Below the pieces are notes generated by a model, which was not told where the DNA came from, ran no database searches, and saw nothing but the letters and a program-made list of their open reading frames with translations. The position numbers and the translations under genes were made by a program. A DNA stretch of 64,000 nt from an uncultured Acetatifactor sp. (lineage in GTDB: Bacteria; Bacillota; Clostridia; Lachnospirales; Lachnospiraceae), in assembly GCA_947630715.1 (NCBI GenBank), contig CANRIP010000012.1, forward strand, positions 123 to 64,122. Reading direction: 5' to 3'. Of this stretch, positions 18,270 through 27,253 are shown in pieces (position 1 is the first letter of the stretch; each line of letters starts with the position of its first letter).

Positions 18270-18974
18270 ATGAAGGCAGTTCAAGGGATAGGGGGGCCTG
18301 ATTTGAAGACGAAACAAAAAGGGTTTCTGCCCGGGTATTCCTGGGGGATGCTGGCACTGGTGCTGCTTGCGAATGGGGTTGCTTATTTTGGCTCGCGTCT
18401 GGTGACGCGGGGGCTGGCGCATTACAGCCTGATCAGCCCTCTTGACAGGAAACTGCCGTTTCTGCCTGTTTTCATCTTGTTTTATCTGCTGGCCTATGTT
18501 CAGTGGGTCGTAGGGTTTGTGTGGATCGCAAAGGGAAGCCGCAGGGAGGTTTTGCGGATTCTGACCGGGGAGCTGATCGCCAAGGGAATCGCTCTTGCCT
18601 GTTTTCTGTTGTTTCCCACAACGGTGGAGGGGTTCCGGCCGGAGGCGGAGGCCCTGCGGGGAGGAGGCATCTGGAACGAGCTGGTTGGCGTGGTTTATTC
18701 GTTAGATGCGGCGGACAACTGCTTTCCTTCGGTTCACTGCCTGGAAAGCTGGGTTTGTTTCAGAGGGGCCATGAAATGCAGGAGGGCAAAAAGGTGGTAT
18801 GTGCTGATGATGTTTGGGGCGGCGATTTTGGTGTTTGCCTCCACCGTGTTGGTGAAACAGCATGTCCTCATTGATATAGCGGGAGGCGTTGCGGCGGTGG
18901 AAATTGGGTTCCGGATAGCGGACAGGATTCCCTTTGCCGACGGCGCGCCCTCTGCGGGAGGGGAACCGGAATGA
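18270..18974 (+). CDS. PAP2-superfamily membrane phosphatase/phosphotransferase (AUR1/IPC-synthase-like motifs)
   Basis: NCFPSVHC and STVLVKQH..IDIAGG motifs, about 6 TMs; the true start may be slightly downstream. Confidence 0.8.
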   Translation: MKAVQGIGGPDLKTKQKGFLPGYSWGMLALVLLANGVAYFGSRLVTRGLAHYSLISPLDRKLPFLPVFILFYLLAYVQWVVGFVWIAKGSRREVLRILTGELIAKGIALACFLLFPTTVEGFRPEAEALRGGGIWNELVGVVYSLDAADNCFPSVHCLESWVCFRGAMKCRRAKRWYVLMMFGAAILVFASTVLVKQHVLIDIAGGVAAVEIGFRIADRIPFADGAPSAGGEPE

Positions 18975-20008
18975 AGAAAGGAAGAATTTGGGGGCTGGTT
19001 TTTGTGGCTCTGGCAATATTGAGCGTTTGGGCGGTCATTTCTCAGAGTAAATGTTTTTCCTTTACCCAGCTTATGGATACGCTCAAAAACGCGTCTCCCG
19101 TGTGGATGACGGCTGCCGTTGCCGCCATGTTCGGTTTTATTTTCTTTGAGGGAATGGCGGTTTTATGTATTCTGCGGGCTCTGGGATACCGGCAGAATCT
19201 GGCCCGGGGATTTTTGTACTCGGCCGCGGACATTTATTTTTCCGCCATCACGCCCTCCGCTACCGGCGGACAGCCTGCCAGCGCTTTTTTTATGATGCAG
19301 GATCAGATCCCGGGGATGGTGGTGACCATCTCGCTGGTGGCCAACCTGATCATGCACTCGCTGGCTCTGCTGACGGTGGGTACTGCGGGGTTTTGTTTCA
19401 AATCCTCGGTTTTCTTAAGCTTTCACTGGATTTCCAGAATGTTTATGATAGTTGGTTATTGCATTCTCTGCTGCCTGGCGCTGGCGTTCTGTGTTTTGAT
19501 CGCAAAGCCCCGGATCCTGGAAACGGTCTGCGGATTCTTTCTGAACCTGGGGAGCAGGCTGCATCTGGTGCGGCATGTGGAAGCAAAAAGGAAAAAATTC
19601 CGCCATGCCATGTGGCAATACCGGTGGTGCGCGGGGGTGATGGGAAGACATAAGCTGATGTTTGTCAAGGTATTTGGCTGGAATCTGCTGCAACGGATCT
19701 CCCAGATTTCCGTAACGGCTTTTGTCTTTCTCGCCTTTGGGGGAGACAAAAAGGAGGCCTTCAACGTCTGGTTTACCCAGGGGTTTGCGGCGGTGGGAAC
19801 TTACAGTGTGCCTATCCCCGGGGGAATGGGCGTAGCGGATTATCTGCTGATCGACGGATTTCGGGCTTTCAGCGACGAGGCGTCCGCCGTCAATCTGGAA
19901 CTGGTCAGCAGAGGGCTGTCCTTTTACGTTTCCATGCTGATCAGCGCGGCCACGGTGCTTGTGGGAGTGATCCACACCATCAGAAAAAAGAAAAGGGTAC
20001 AGAAATGA
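18971..20008 (+). CDS. Lysylphosphatidylglycerol-synthase TM domain (flippase-like) protein
   Basis: FSAITPSATGGQP, PIPGGMGV, SRGLSFY; ATGA overlap. Confidence 0.85.
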   Translation: MKKGRIWGLVFVALAILSVWAVISQSKCFSFTQLMDTLKNASPVWMTAAVAAMFGFIFFEGMAVLCILRALGYRQNLARGFLYSAADIYFSAITPSATGGQPASAFFMMQDQIPGMVVTISLVANLIMHSLALLTVGTAGFCFKSSVFLSFHWISRMFMIVGYCILCCLALAFCVLIAKPRILETVCGFFLNLGSRLHLVRHVEAKRKKFRHAMWQYRWCAGVMGRHKLMFVKVFGWNLLQRISQISVTAFVFLAFGGDKKEAFNVWFTQGFAAVGTYSVPIPGGMGVADYLLIDGFRAFSDEASAVNLELVSRGLSFYVSMLISAATVLVGVIHTIRKKKRVQK

Positions 20009-20709
20009 TAGGAGTATTCGACTACACGGTTCTGCTTACATACGGCTCTTTCATATCTGCGGTTCTGGGGATTCTGGTCTCCTGGCAGCAGCCGGAAAAT
20101 CCTTATATAGCCGTGCTGTTCCTTCTGTTATGCGGCCTTTGCGATGCTTTTGACGGCAGGGTGGCGAGAAGGAAAAAGGACAGGACGGATTTTGAAAAGC
20201 GATACGGGATTCAGATCGATTCCCTGTCCGATCTGGCGGCGTTCGGGGTGCTGCCGGTGTGTATCGGAAACGCCATGGTCAGGGCCTGTCCGCCGGTTTC
20301 CGGAGCAGCCGAAACATCTGGGAACGGCGCGTTCGTTGTCCTGCCATTTCTCCTTTACGCCGTCATGGCGGTGTATTCCCTTGCGGCGCTGATTCGTCTC
20401 GCCTATTTTAACGTGACCGAGGAAGAAAGGCAGATGGCGGAAGGGGAAACGGACACGGCGGAAGGCAGAAAGTATTATACCGGGCTGCCGGTGACCACGG
20501 CCGCGCTGATTTTTCCGGCGATTCTGCTCTTTCAGTACCTGATTCCCCGAGATATTACGCCGGTGTATTTTGTGGTCATGCTTTTCACCGCTTTTTGCTT
20601 TGTCTCCAAGCATCGGATCAGAAAACCGGGGTTAAAGGGCATTTCCCTGATGGTGGCGGTGGGAGCGGCGGAATTTCTGTTTCTGACGCTTATTTTAACC
20701 GGGCGCTGA
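20005..20709 (+). CDS. pssA: CDP-alcohol phosphatidyltransferase, phosphatidylserine synthase
   Basis: D..DG.VAR..G..IDSLSD..FGV motif, IRLAYFNV, GLP; adjacent to psd. Confidence 0.88.
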   Translation: MIGVFDYTVLLTYGSFISAVLGILVSWQQPENPYIAVLFLLLCGLCDAFDGRVARRKKDRTDFEKRYGIQIDSLSDLAAFGVLPVCIGNAMVRACPPVSGAAETSGNGAFVVLPFLLYAVMAVYSLAALIRLAYFNVTEEERQMAEGETDTAEGRKYYTGLPVTTAALIFPAILLFQYLIPRDITPVYFVVMLFTAFCFVSKHRIRKPGLKGISLMVAVGAAEFLFLTLILTGR

Positions 20710-20739
20710 CGAACCGGGAAGGATTCGGAGGAAAATCGG

Positions 20740-21585
20740 ATGAGGGCACCGGTCAAGCCGGAAAAGGACGGCGTTCTGCTTACGTTTCTCTACCGCTGTA
20801 AGGTGGGAAGGATGGTTTTAAAATGGTTCTGTTCCAGGGCCTTCTCCTCAGCGGCAGGCTCTTTTTTAGATTCCTCTTTTTCCAGGGCGCTGATCCGTCC
20901 TTTTATCAGGATTCACCGAATTTCCATGAAAGACTGTGTCAAAACGGAGTTTAAAAGCTTTAACGATTTTTTCTGCCGAAGGCTGCGGAAGGAGAGCCGT
21001 CCTGTGGATCTTCGGCCGAACGCCCTGATCGCGCCCTGCGACGGTCTGCTCAGCGCTTACCGGATCGACGGGGATACGGTGATTCCGGTGAAACAAAGCC
21101 GCTATACGCTCAGCTCCTTGTTTGACGGGGACGAGATCGGCAGACAGTTCGAGGGAGGGATCTGCCTGGTGTATCGCCTGACGGTGGGGGATTATCACAG
21201 ATATTGTTATGTGGATAACGGCGTAAAAGGAGATAATTACTTTATTCCGGGAAAGCTGCACACGGTACGGCCGATCGCCCTGAGGGAGTTTCCGGTTTTC
21301 ACGGAAAATTGCAGGGAATACACACGGATTCGGACGGAAAACTTCGGCACTCTGGTGCAGATGGAGGTGGGTGCCATGCTGGTGGGAAAAATCCACAATC
21401 ATCACGGCGGCGGGACGGTGCGCAGGGGACAGGAAAAAGGCATGTTTTTATACGGAGGCTCCACCGTTTTGGTGCTGCTGCAAAAAGGCCGGGCCGTACT
21501 GCCGGAACGTCTTTTCCAGGCGTCGGCCCAGGGATGGGAAGTGCCGGTCCGGCAGGGAGAAAGAGTGGGAACCGCCGTTTGTTAG
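20740..21585 (+). CDS. psd: Phosphatidylserine decarboxylase
   Basis: SFNDFF.R, APCDG, DYHRY, VGAMLVGKI and the GGST autocleavage motif. Confidence 0.93.
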   Translation: MRAPVKPEKDGVLLTFLYRCKVGRMVLKWFCSRAFSSAAGSFLDSSFSRALIRPFIRIHRISMKDCVKTEFKSFNDFFCRRLRKESRPVDLRPNALIAPCDGLLSAYRIDGDTVIPVKQSRYTLSSLFDGDEIGRQFEGGICLVYRLTVGDYHRYCYVDNGVKGDNYFIPGKLHTVRPIALREFPVFTENCREYTRIRTENFGTLVQMEVGAMLVGKIHNHHGGGTVRRGQEKGMFLYGGSTVLVLLQKGRAVLPERLFQASAQGWEVPVRQGERVGTAVC

Positions 21586-21642
21586 GCCCCTTCCCTGTTC
21601 TGGAGGGAAGGGAACGAAAAAAGAAAAGTTCGCCGCATTTCT

Positions 21643-21671
21643 TTGACACAGGGAAAAAGTGCCTTTATAAT
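21643..21671 (+). promoter_or_regulatory. Consensus SigA promoter
   Basis: TTGACA-17 bp-TATAAT. Confidence 0.85.
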
Positions 21672-21765
21672 AAAGGGGAACCGTCCCCGTTTCGGGAAGG
21701 ATCCGGGCGGGACGGTATTTTTGTGTCAATCAAATGCCGCCCTCCGGCGGCGGAAAAGAGGCTAA

Positions 21766-23472
21766 ATGAAATCAGCGGCGCAGCTTCAGGAATTGTTACG
21801 ACAGATCGATCACAGGCCCTACCCGGCATATAAAGACACCAGGGGAAGCTATCGGTTTGAGCATTATGTTCTTTCCATCGACCATGTGCAGGGGGATCCC
21901 TTTGCGGCGCCCTCTAAGGTGAGCATTCTGGTGCCGGGGCAGACGGCGGGGTTTGACAGGTGCTTTTATGATTCCGATCACAGGCGGGTCGCGCTGGAGG
22001 ACCATCTTCTTCGGCGTCTGGCGGCCAGGATCCGGGAATATTCCTTTCGAGCCAAGGGATCCGGGAAAAGCGGCCTGTTGGAGATCAGCGTCCCCGGGCA
22101 GGAGATTCTGCGGCGGAGCGCCTGTGAGGTGGATCCTGAGAGCGGGGATGTGACCCTGCGCATGGAAATCGGGTTTCCGGCCAACGGAAGGACGATCAAT
22201 TCCGGCGAGCTGGTGAAAATTTTGTTTGAATTCCTGCCTGTGTGTGTCAGGCAGACGGCGCTTTCTCAGGCGTACAGACGGGAGGAACTGAAAGCGTCCG
22301 CGGATCTGGCGGACGATCAGCAGTTTATCCGGGAGAACCTGTCTGAAATGGGGCTTTGCGCTTTCCTGGCCAACGGTTCCGTTCTGCCGAGGAAATCGGG
22401 GGTTTCCGCTCTGCCCATGAAGGACGCGGTGCCCTTTCGCTCTCCGGCGTCTTTAGAGGTGACGTTTGACCTGCCTCATCGGGGCCCGGTGAAGGGCATG
22501 GGGATCCGCAAGGGAGTTACGCTGATTGTGGGCGGCGGTTATCATGGGAAATCCACCCTGCTCAAAGCGTTGGAGCTGGGAGTGTACAACCATATCGCCG
22601 GGGACGGGCGGGAGTTTGTGATCACGGACGACACCGCCATGAAGCTGCGCGCCGAAGACGGCAGGAGCATTCAGAAGTCGGATATCTCCATGTTTATCCG
22701 CAACCTTCCAAGCGGCAGGGATACCTCCTGCTTTTCCACGCAGGATGCAAGCGGCAGCACTTCTCAGGCCGCCGCCACGGTGGAGGCTATGGAAATGGGG
22801 GCGCGGCTGTTTTTGATCGACGAGGACACCAGCGCGACCAATTTCATGATACGGGACGAGCTGATGCAGAGGGTGGTCAGCCGGGAGGCGGAGCCCATCA
22901 TCCCCTTTATTGACCGTGTGAGAGAGCTGTACGAGACATGGGGCATTTCCACCGTCCTGGTGGCGGGGAGCTGCGGCTCTTACTTCCATAAATCGGACTG
23001 GGTGATCCAGATGAAACAGTACGAGCCTTTGGAAATTACGGATTTCGCCCGGAAGGAGGCGAAACAGTTTCCCCTTGCGCCCCAGGAGCCGGAAAAGGCG
23101 GCCGCGCCCTCTTTCCAGAGAACGGCGGGGCGGGATCCGTCCTTTGCGGAAGAAGAACGGGTGAAAATCAAGACGTTAGGCAGGGACGGTTTCTGTATCA
23201 ACCGGGAGACGGTGGATCTGCGTTATGTGGAGCAACTGACGGATCCGGAGCAGTTGACTTCGCTGGCTTACATGGTGAAATATCTGAAACGGAGCGTCTT
23301 TGACGGGAAACACACGCTGCGGGAGGCCGTGGAGCGCCTGTATGGGGAAATCGACAAAAAAGGGTTTTCCGCTTTCTGCGGCGCTCAGACGCCGGGCAAT
23401 CTGGCCATGCCCAGGCGGCAGGAGCTTTTCGCCGCCCTGAACCGCTGCCGGGAATTGATCCGGCTGCTGTGA
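21766..23472 (+). CDS. ABC-class ATPase domain protein (stand-alone P-loop, function unknown)
   Basis: HVQGDPFAAPS, GGGYHGKST, RAEDGR, ASGSTSQAA, DEDTSATNFMIRD. Confidence 0.88.
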   Translation: MKSAAQLQELLRQIDHRPYPAYKDTRGSYRFEHYVLSIDHVQGDPFAAPSKVSILVPGQTAGFDRCFYDSDHRRVALEDHLLRRLAARIREYSFRAKGSGKSGLLEISVPGQEILRRSACEVDPESGDVTLRMEIGFPANGRTINSGELVKILFEFLPVCVRQTALSQAYRREELKASADLADDQQFIRENLSEMGLCAFLANGSVLPRKSGVSALPMKDAVPFRSPASLEVTFDLPHRGPVKGMGIRKGVTLIVGGGYHGKSTLLKALELGVYNHIAGDGREFVITDDTAMKLRAEDGRSIQKSDISMFIRNLPSGRDTSCFSTQDASGSTSQAAATVEAMEMGARLFLIDEDTSATNFMIRDELMQRVVSREAEPIIPFIDRVRELYETWGISTVLVAGSCGSYFHKSDWVIQMKQYEPLEITDFARKEAKQFPLAPQEPEKAAAPSFQRTAGRDPSFAEEERVKIKTLGRDGFCINRETVDLRYVEQLTDPEQLTSLAYMVKYLKRSVFDGKHTLREAVERLYGEIDKKGFSAFCGAQTPGNLAMPRRQELFAALNRCRELIRLL

Positions 23473-23655
23473 CGGCAGCGTTTTTCTCATAAATTTAAGT
23501 AAAAAATGAATATTTTTGTTTCCAATAACAAGGTAATGTAGTAAAATATACTATATCAGACGTATTTTTCTGTGAGAGCCCGCGGTTTCCGGTTCTTCTG
23601 AGAAAGCCGGACTTTGCCGGGACGAAAAACAACACCGCGTATAAGGAGTAAAGAA

Positions 23656-25425
23656 GTGAAACAATTTCACCTGACTTACAAGAATGACAGGAAATTTCTG
23701 CAAGACCTGGAGGAGATCCGTCAGTGGTGCGGTCACAATGCCGGATATAAACAGGTGTTTCGGATTTACTCGCAAGATATGAATCGGGATCATATCGCCC
23801 ACGTCTGCGCTCTGCTGGACCAGCATATGCCGTCGGCGCTGTATTTCGGGTGTACCTCAAACGCCAACATTCTGGACGGCGAGCTGACAAGCTGGGAGAT
23901 CCTTCTCACATGCACCGTTTTTGAGTACAGATCCACGCAGATCAAACTGCTGCAATATCCTTTTACAGAAGACAATTATCAAAACGCCGTGGACGATCTG
24001 AAAAAACATTGTGAAGAAAATCCCTGGGTCAATTCCATTGAAATGCTTGCCACGATTATGAATATGTCCATGAAGGGTTTCTGCGACGAGATGAGCGGTC
24101 TGGGAAAGGATATCCAGGTTTTCGGCGGCGGCGCCTTCAATCCCAATATGGACGATGAAACGGCTTATGTTTTTTCCAAGGGAAACGGGATTGTGGAGCA
24201 TGGGATCGTCTTTCTGATGATGGGAGGCGATAATTTCCACGCATACAGCACCTTTATCGCAGGGTGGAAACCCTTAAAGAGAAGGTTCCGGATCACCAAG
24301 GCGGACAAAGAGATTCTGTATGAGCTGGACGGCAAACCCGCGTTTGAAGTGTATAAGAGATATCTGAATATTGAAAAAAACGAGAATTTCTTTTCCAATA
24401 CTCTGGAGTTTCCTCTTTTCCTGGAAAGGGAAGGGGTGAACATTCTGCGATGTCCCCTTGCCGTCAATGACGACGACTCCCTTGTGATGTCCTCGGATAT
24501 GGAGGAAAACGCCTTTGTCAAGATTGCGTACGGAGATCCGGATACCATACTGAACAGTATCCGGCATGACGGCCAGAAGATCGCGGATTTTCAGCCGGAG
24601 GTCATCCAGACGTTTTCCTGCGCCGCCAGGCGGGCGTTTTGGGGCGATGCGAACATCAGCAGGGAAACCGTGATGTTTAAGGATGTTGCGTCCACTGCGG
24701 GATTTTACACCCATGGGGAATTTCTGCGGATGGACGGCACCATGCTGAACTTTAATGTGACGCTGGTCATTGTGGCCATGCGGGAAGGGGATCCGGCGGG
24801 AGAGCGGATTGATTTCTGCGGCCCGACGGTTCACCAGTTGAACAAGATTCCCATGATCTGGCGCTTTGTATCGTTTATCGAGGCGTCTACGGCGGAACTG
24901 GAGGCCATGAACGAGAAATTGTTTTTGACGGCCATTACCGACGGACTGACCAGGCTTTACAACCGTGCGGAAATTGAACGGCGGATCAACGGCGCCCTGG
25001 AGGAAAAACAAAACGGCGCCGGTCATGGAAACGTCCATCTGATCATGCTGGATATTGATAATTTTAAGATGGTAAACGATGCCTACGGACATAAGGAGGG
25101 CGATAACGTGATCGTTGCCCTGTCCGATATTCTCAGGCGTACGGCGGACCGTTTTTCGCAGGGATGCGCCGGCAGATGGGGCGGCGAGGAATTTATGGTG
25201 CTTCTGGTGGGGCATACCACCCAGGAGGCCATGGACGCGGCGGAACAGATACGCCGGGACTTCTCTGCGGTGCAGTTTGAAAATGCCGGCTGCCAGACGG
25301 TCAGCGTGGGCGTCACTCAGGCTGTGGCCGGAGAGTCCGCCGACAGTATGTGCAGCCGGGTAGACAAAGCCCTTTACAGCGCGAAGGATGCCGGAAAGAA
25401 CCGGGTGGTCTGCCTGGAATCCTAA
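23656..25425 (+). CDS. FIST-domain diguanylate cyclase
   Basis: FIST (FGGGA, GWKP, ELDGKPA, SCAARR, GFYTHGE) plus GGDEF (TDGLT.LYNR, DIDNFK, RWGGEEF); GTG start after RBS AAGGAG. Confidence 0.9.
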   Translation: MKQFHLTYKNDRKFLQDLEEIRQWCGHNAGYKQVFRIYSQDMNRDHIAHVCALLDQHMPSALYFGCTSNANILDGELTSWEILLTCTVFEYRSTQIKLLQYPFTEDNYQNAVDDLKKHCEENPWVNSIEMLATIMNMSMKGFCDEMSGLGKDIQVFGGGAFNPNMDDETAYVFSKGNGIVEHGIVFLMMGGDNFHAYSTFIAGWKPLKRRFRITKADKEILYELDGKPAFEVYKRYLNIEKNENFFSNTLEFPLFLEREGVNILRCPLAVNDDDSLVMSSDMEENAFVKIAYGDPDTILNSIRHDGQKIADFQPEVIQTFSCAARRAFWGDANISRETVMFKDVASTAGFYTHGEFLRMDGTMLNFNVTLVIVAMREGDPAGERIDFCGPTVHQLNKIPMIWRFVSFIEASTAELEAMNEKLFLTAITDGLTRLYNRAEIERRINGALEEKQNGAGHGNVHLIMLDIDNFKMVNDAYGHKEGDNVIVALSDILRRTADRFSQGCAGRWGGEEFMVLLVGHTTQEAMDAAEQIRRDFSAVQFENAGCQTVSVGVTQAVAGESADSMCSRVDKALYSAKDAGKNRVVCLES

Positions 25426-25432
25426 GGTAGTT

Positions 25433-27208
25433 TTATGCGGTGACATCATGGTGGATCTGCAGTTCGTACAGTTTTTTATAAATGCCGTTCCGGGCAAGCA
25501 GCTCCTGATGGGTGCCCCGCTCCCGGATCTTCCCCTTGTGCATTACCATGATGCAGTCGGCATGCTGGATGGTGGAAAGCCGATGGGCCACCATGATGGT
25601 GGTGCGGCCTTCCATCAGTTTTTGTAAAGCCTCCTGGATCAACAGCTCCGTCTCGGTATCGATGTTGGCGGTGGCTTCGTCCATAACCAGGATGGCGGGT
25701 TTATGGGCCAGGGTTCTGGCAAAGGATAAAAGCTGCCGCTCTCCGGCGGAAAAGGTAGCGCCCCGTTCGGATACGGGTTCCTCGTATCCCCGGGGCAGTT
25801 TTTCAATAAAGCGGGATGCGTTTACATATTCCGCCGCTTGTTTCACGTCCTCCCGTGTGATGGATTCGTTGTAAAGACGGATATTGCTCTCTATGGTTCC
25901 CTGGAAGATAAACACGTCCTGCTGCATCTGGCCGATGGCGCTTCGCAGTTGCTTTTTGGAAAGCAGCCGGATATCCGTGCCGTCGATGGTAATCGTTCCC
26001 CTTTGAATGTCATAATAGCGTCCGATCAGGTTTAAGATGGAGGTTTTGCCCGCGCCGGTGGCACCCACAAAAGCCACCTTCTGACCGGGCTCGATGACAA
26101 AGGACACGTCTCTCAGCACATAGTTTTCGCCGTCATAGGCAAACCACACATGGGAAAATTCGATCCGTCCCAGGATCCGGGGGAGGATTACCGGGTTCTC
26201 CGGCTCCCTGACCTGCGGTTCTTCCTCCAGGATGGCAAAGATTTTTTCCGCCGACGCCAGAGAGGACTGCAAGGTGGAAAACTGCTCCGCCAGCTCCTGA
26301 ATAGGATCGAAAAAGGACTGGATGTACTGGGCGAAAATATACAGTACGCCGATGGAAATAGAGCCGCCCAGAACCTCTCTGCTGCCGACGCCGAGCACTA
26401 CCATCAGGGACAGGACGCTTAACAGGTAAATCAGGGGCCGGAAAATGGCGAACACCATCATTTCCTTGTAATAGGCCCGGTACAGCTTGCCGCTCCTGTC
26501 GTCGAACTCCTGAAATTTCCTCTTTTCCCTGCCGAAAATCTGGATGATCCGCATCCCGGAAATGTTTTCGGAGAGGAAGGTGTTCAGATCCGTCAGTCTG
26601 GTGCGGGAGAGCCGATAGGTTTCCCGTGCGATCCGGCGGAACAAAACCGTGAGAGCCGCCACCAGGGGCAAAAGCGCAAAGGAGATGAGCGCCAGTTTCC
26701 GGTCCAGAAAGAGCATCACTCCGGCAAGGCCCAGAATCTTTACAATATTCCGAAACAGCCGCACCAGAATGCCGGAGTACATTTCGCTTAACGCCTCCAC
26801 GTCGTTGGTGACTCGGGTGACAAGCTTTCCCACGGGGGTCAGGTCGAAAAACCGGCTGCTCAATGACTGGATGTGCAGATACAGCTCCCGGCGGATGGTG
26901 AAAATAATCTTCTGGCCTGTCTTTTGCAGGATCCAGGCCTGGGTGATATTGAAGACAAAGCCCAAAGCCAGCACAACGCTGTATTTTATGGCTGTGTCCA
27001 CGATCACGTCATAATTCCCCTCCGCTTCAAACAGATCGATAGCGTCTCCGATCAACATGGGGCGGTACAGATCCAGGCCCGTCAGGGCAAGGATCAGAAT
27101 CAGGCACAGAAAAAACCATCCCAGATAGGGTTTCATATAGGCGAGCAGTTTTCGCAGGGCGTTTCCCCGGTATTCGGATTCTGTGGAATCATCGGTGAAG
27201 TTCTTCAT
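25433..27208 (-). CDS. ABC exporter, fused permease/ATPase (second half of a heterodimer)
   Basis: TM domain; GATGAGKT, FSAGERQ, MDEAT, AHRLSTI. Confidence 0.93.
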   Translation of the reverse strand: MKNFTDDSTESEYRGNALRKLLAYMKPYLGWFFLCLILILALTGLDLYRPMLIGDAIDLFEAEGNYDVIVDTAIKYSVVLALGFVFNITQAWILQKTGQKIIFTIRRELYLHIQSLSSRFFDLTPVGKLVTRVTNDVEALSEMYSGILVRLFRNIVKILGLAGVMLFLDRKLALISFALLPLVAALTVLFRRIARETYRLSRTRLTDLNTFLSENISGMRIIQIFGREKRKFQEFDDRSGKLYRAYYKEMMVFAIFRPLIYLLSVLSLMVVLGVGSREVLGGSISIGVLYIFAQYIQSFFDPIQELAEQFSTLQSSLASAEKIFAILEEEPQVREPENPVILPRILGRIEFSHVWFAYDGENYVLRDVSFVIEPGQKVAFVGATGAGKTSILNLIGRYYDIQRGTITIDGTDIRLLSKKQLRSAIGQMQQDVFIFQGTIESNIRLYNESITREDVKQAAEYVNASRFIEKLPRGYEEPVSERGATFSAGERQLLSFARTLAHKPAILVMDEATANIDTETELLIQEALQKLMEGRTTIMVAHRLSTIQHADCIMVMHKGKIRERGTHQELLARNGIYKKLYELQIHHDVTA

Positions 27209-27253
27209 GTTGTCCCTTTCTGCCGTTTGAACGGCCGTTTCCTGCCGGGCGCG

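Noticed and set aside
23540-23655. c-di-GMP riboswitch upstream of FIST-GGDEF (also sought before the tad and flagellin operons)
   Set aside because: Small hairpins only; no class I or class II consensus recognised by eye, though an Rfam scan would be decisive
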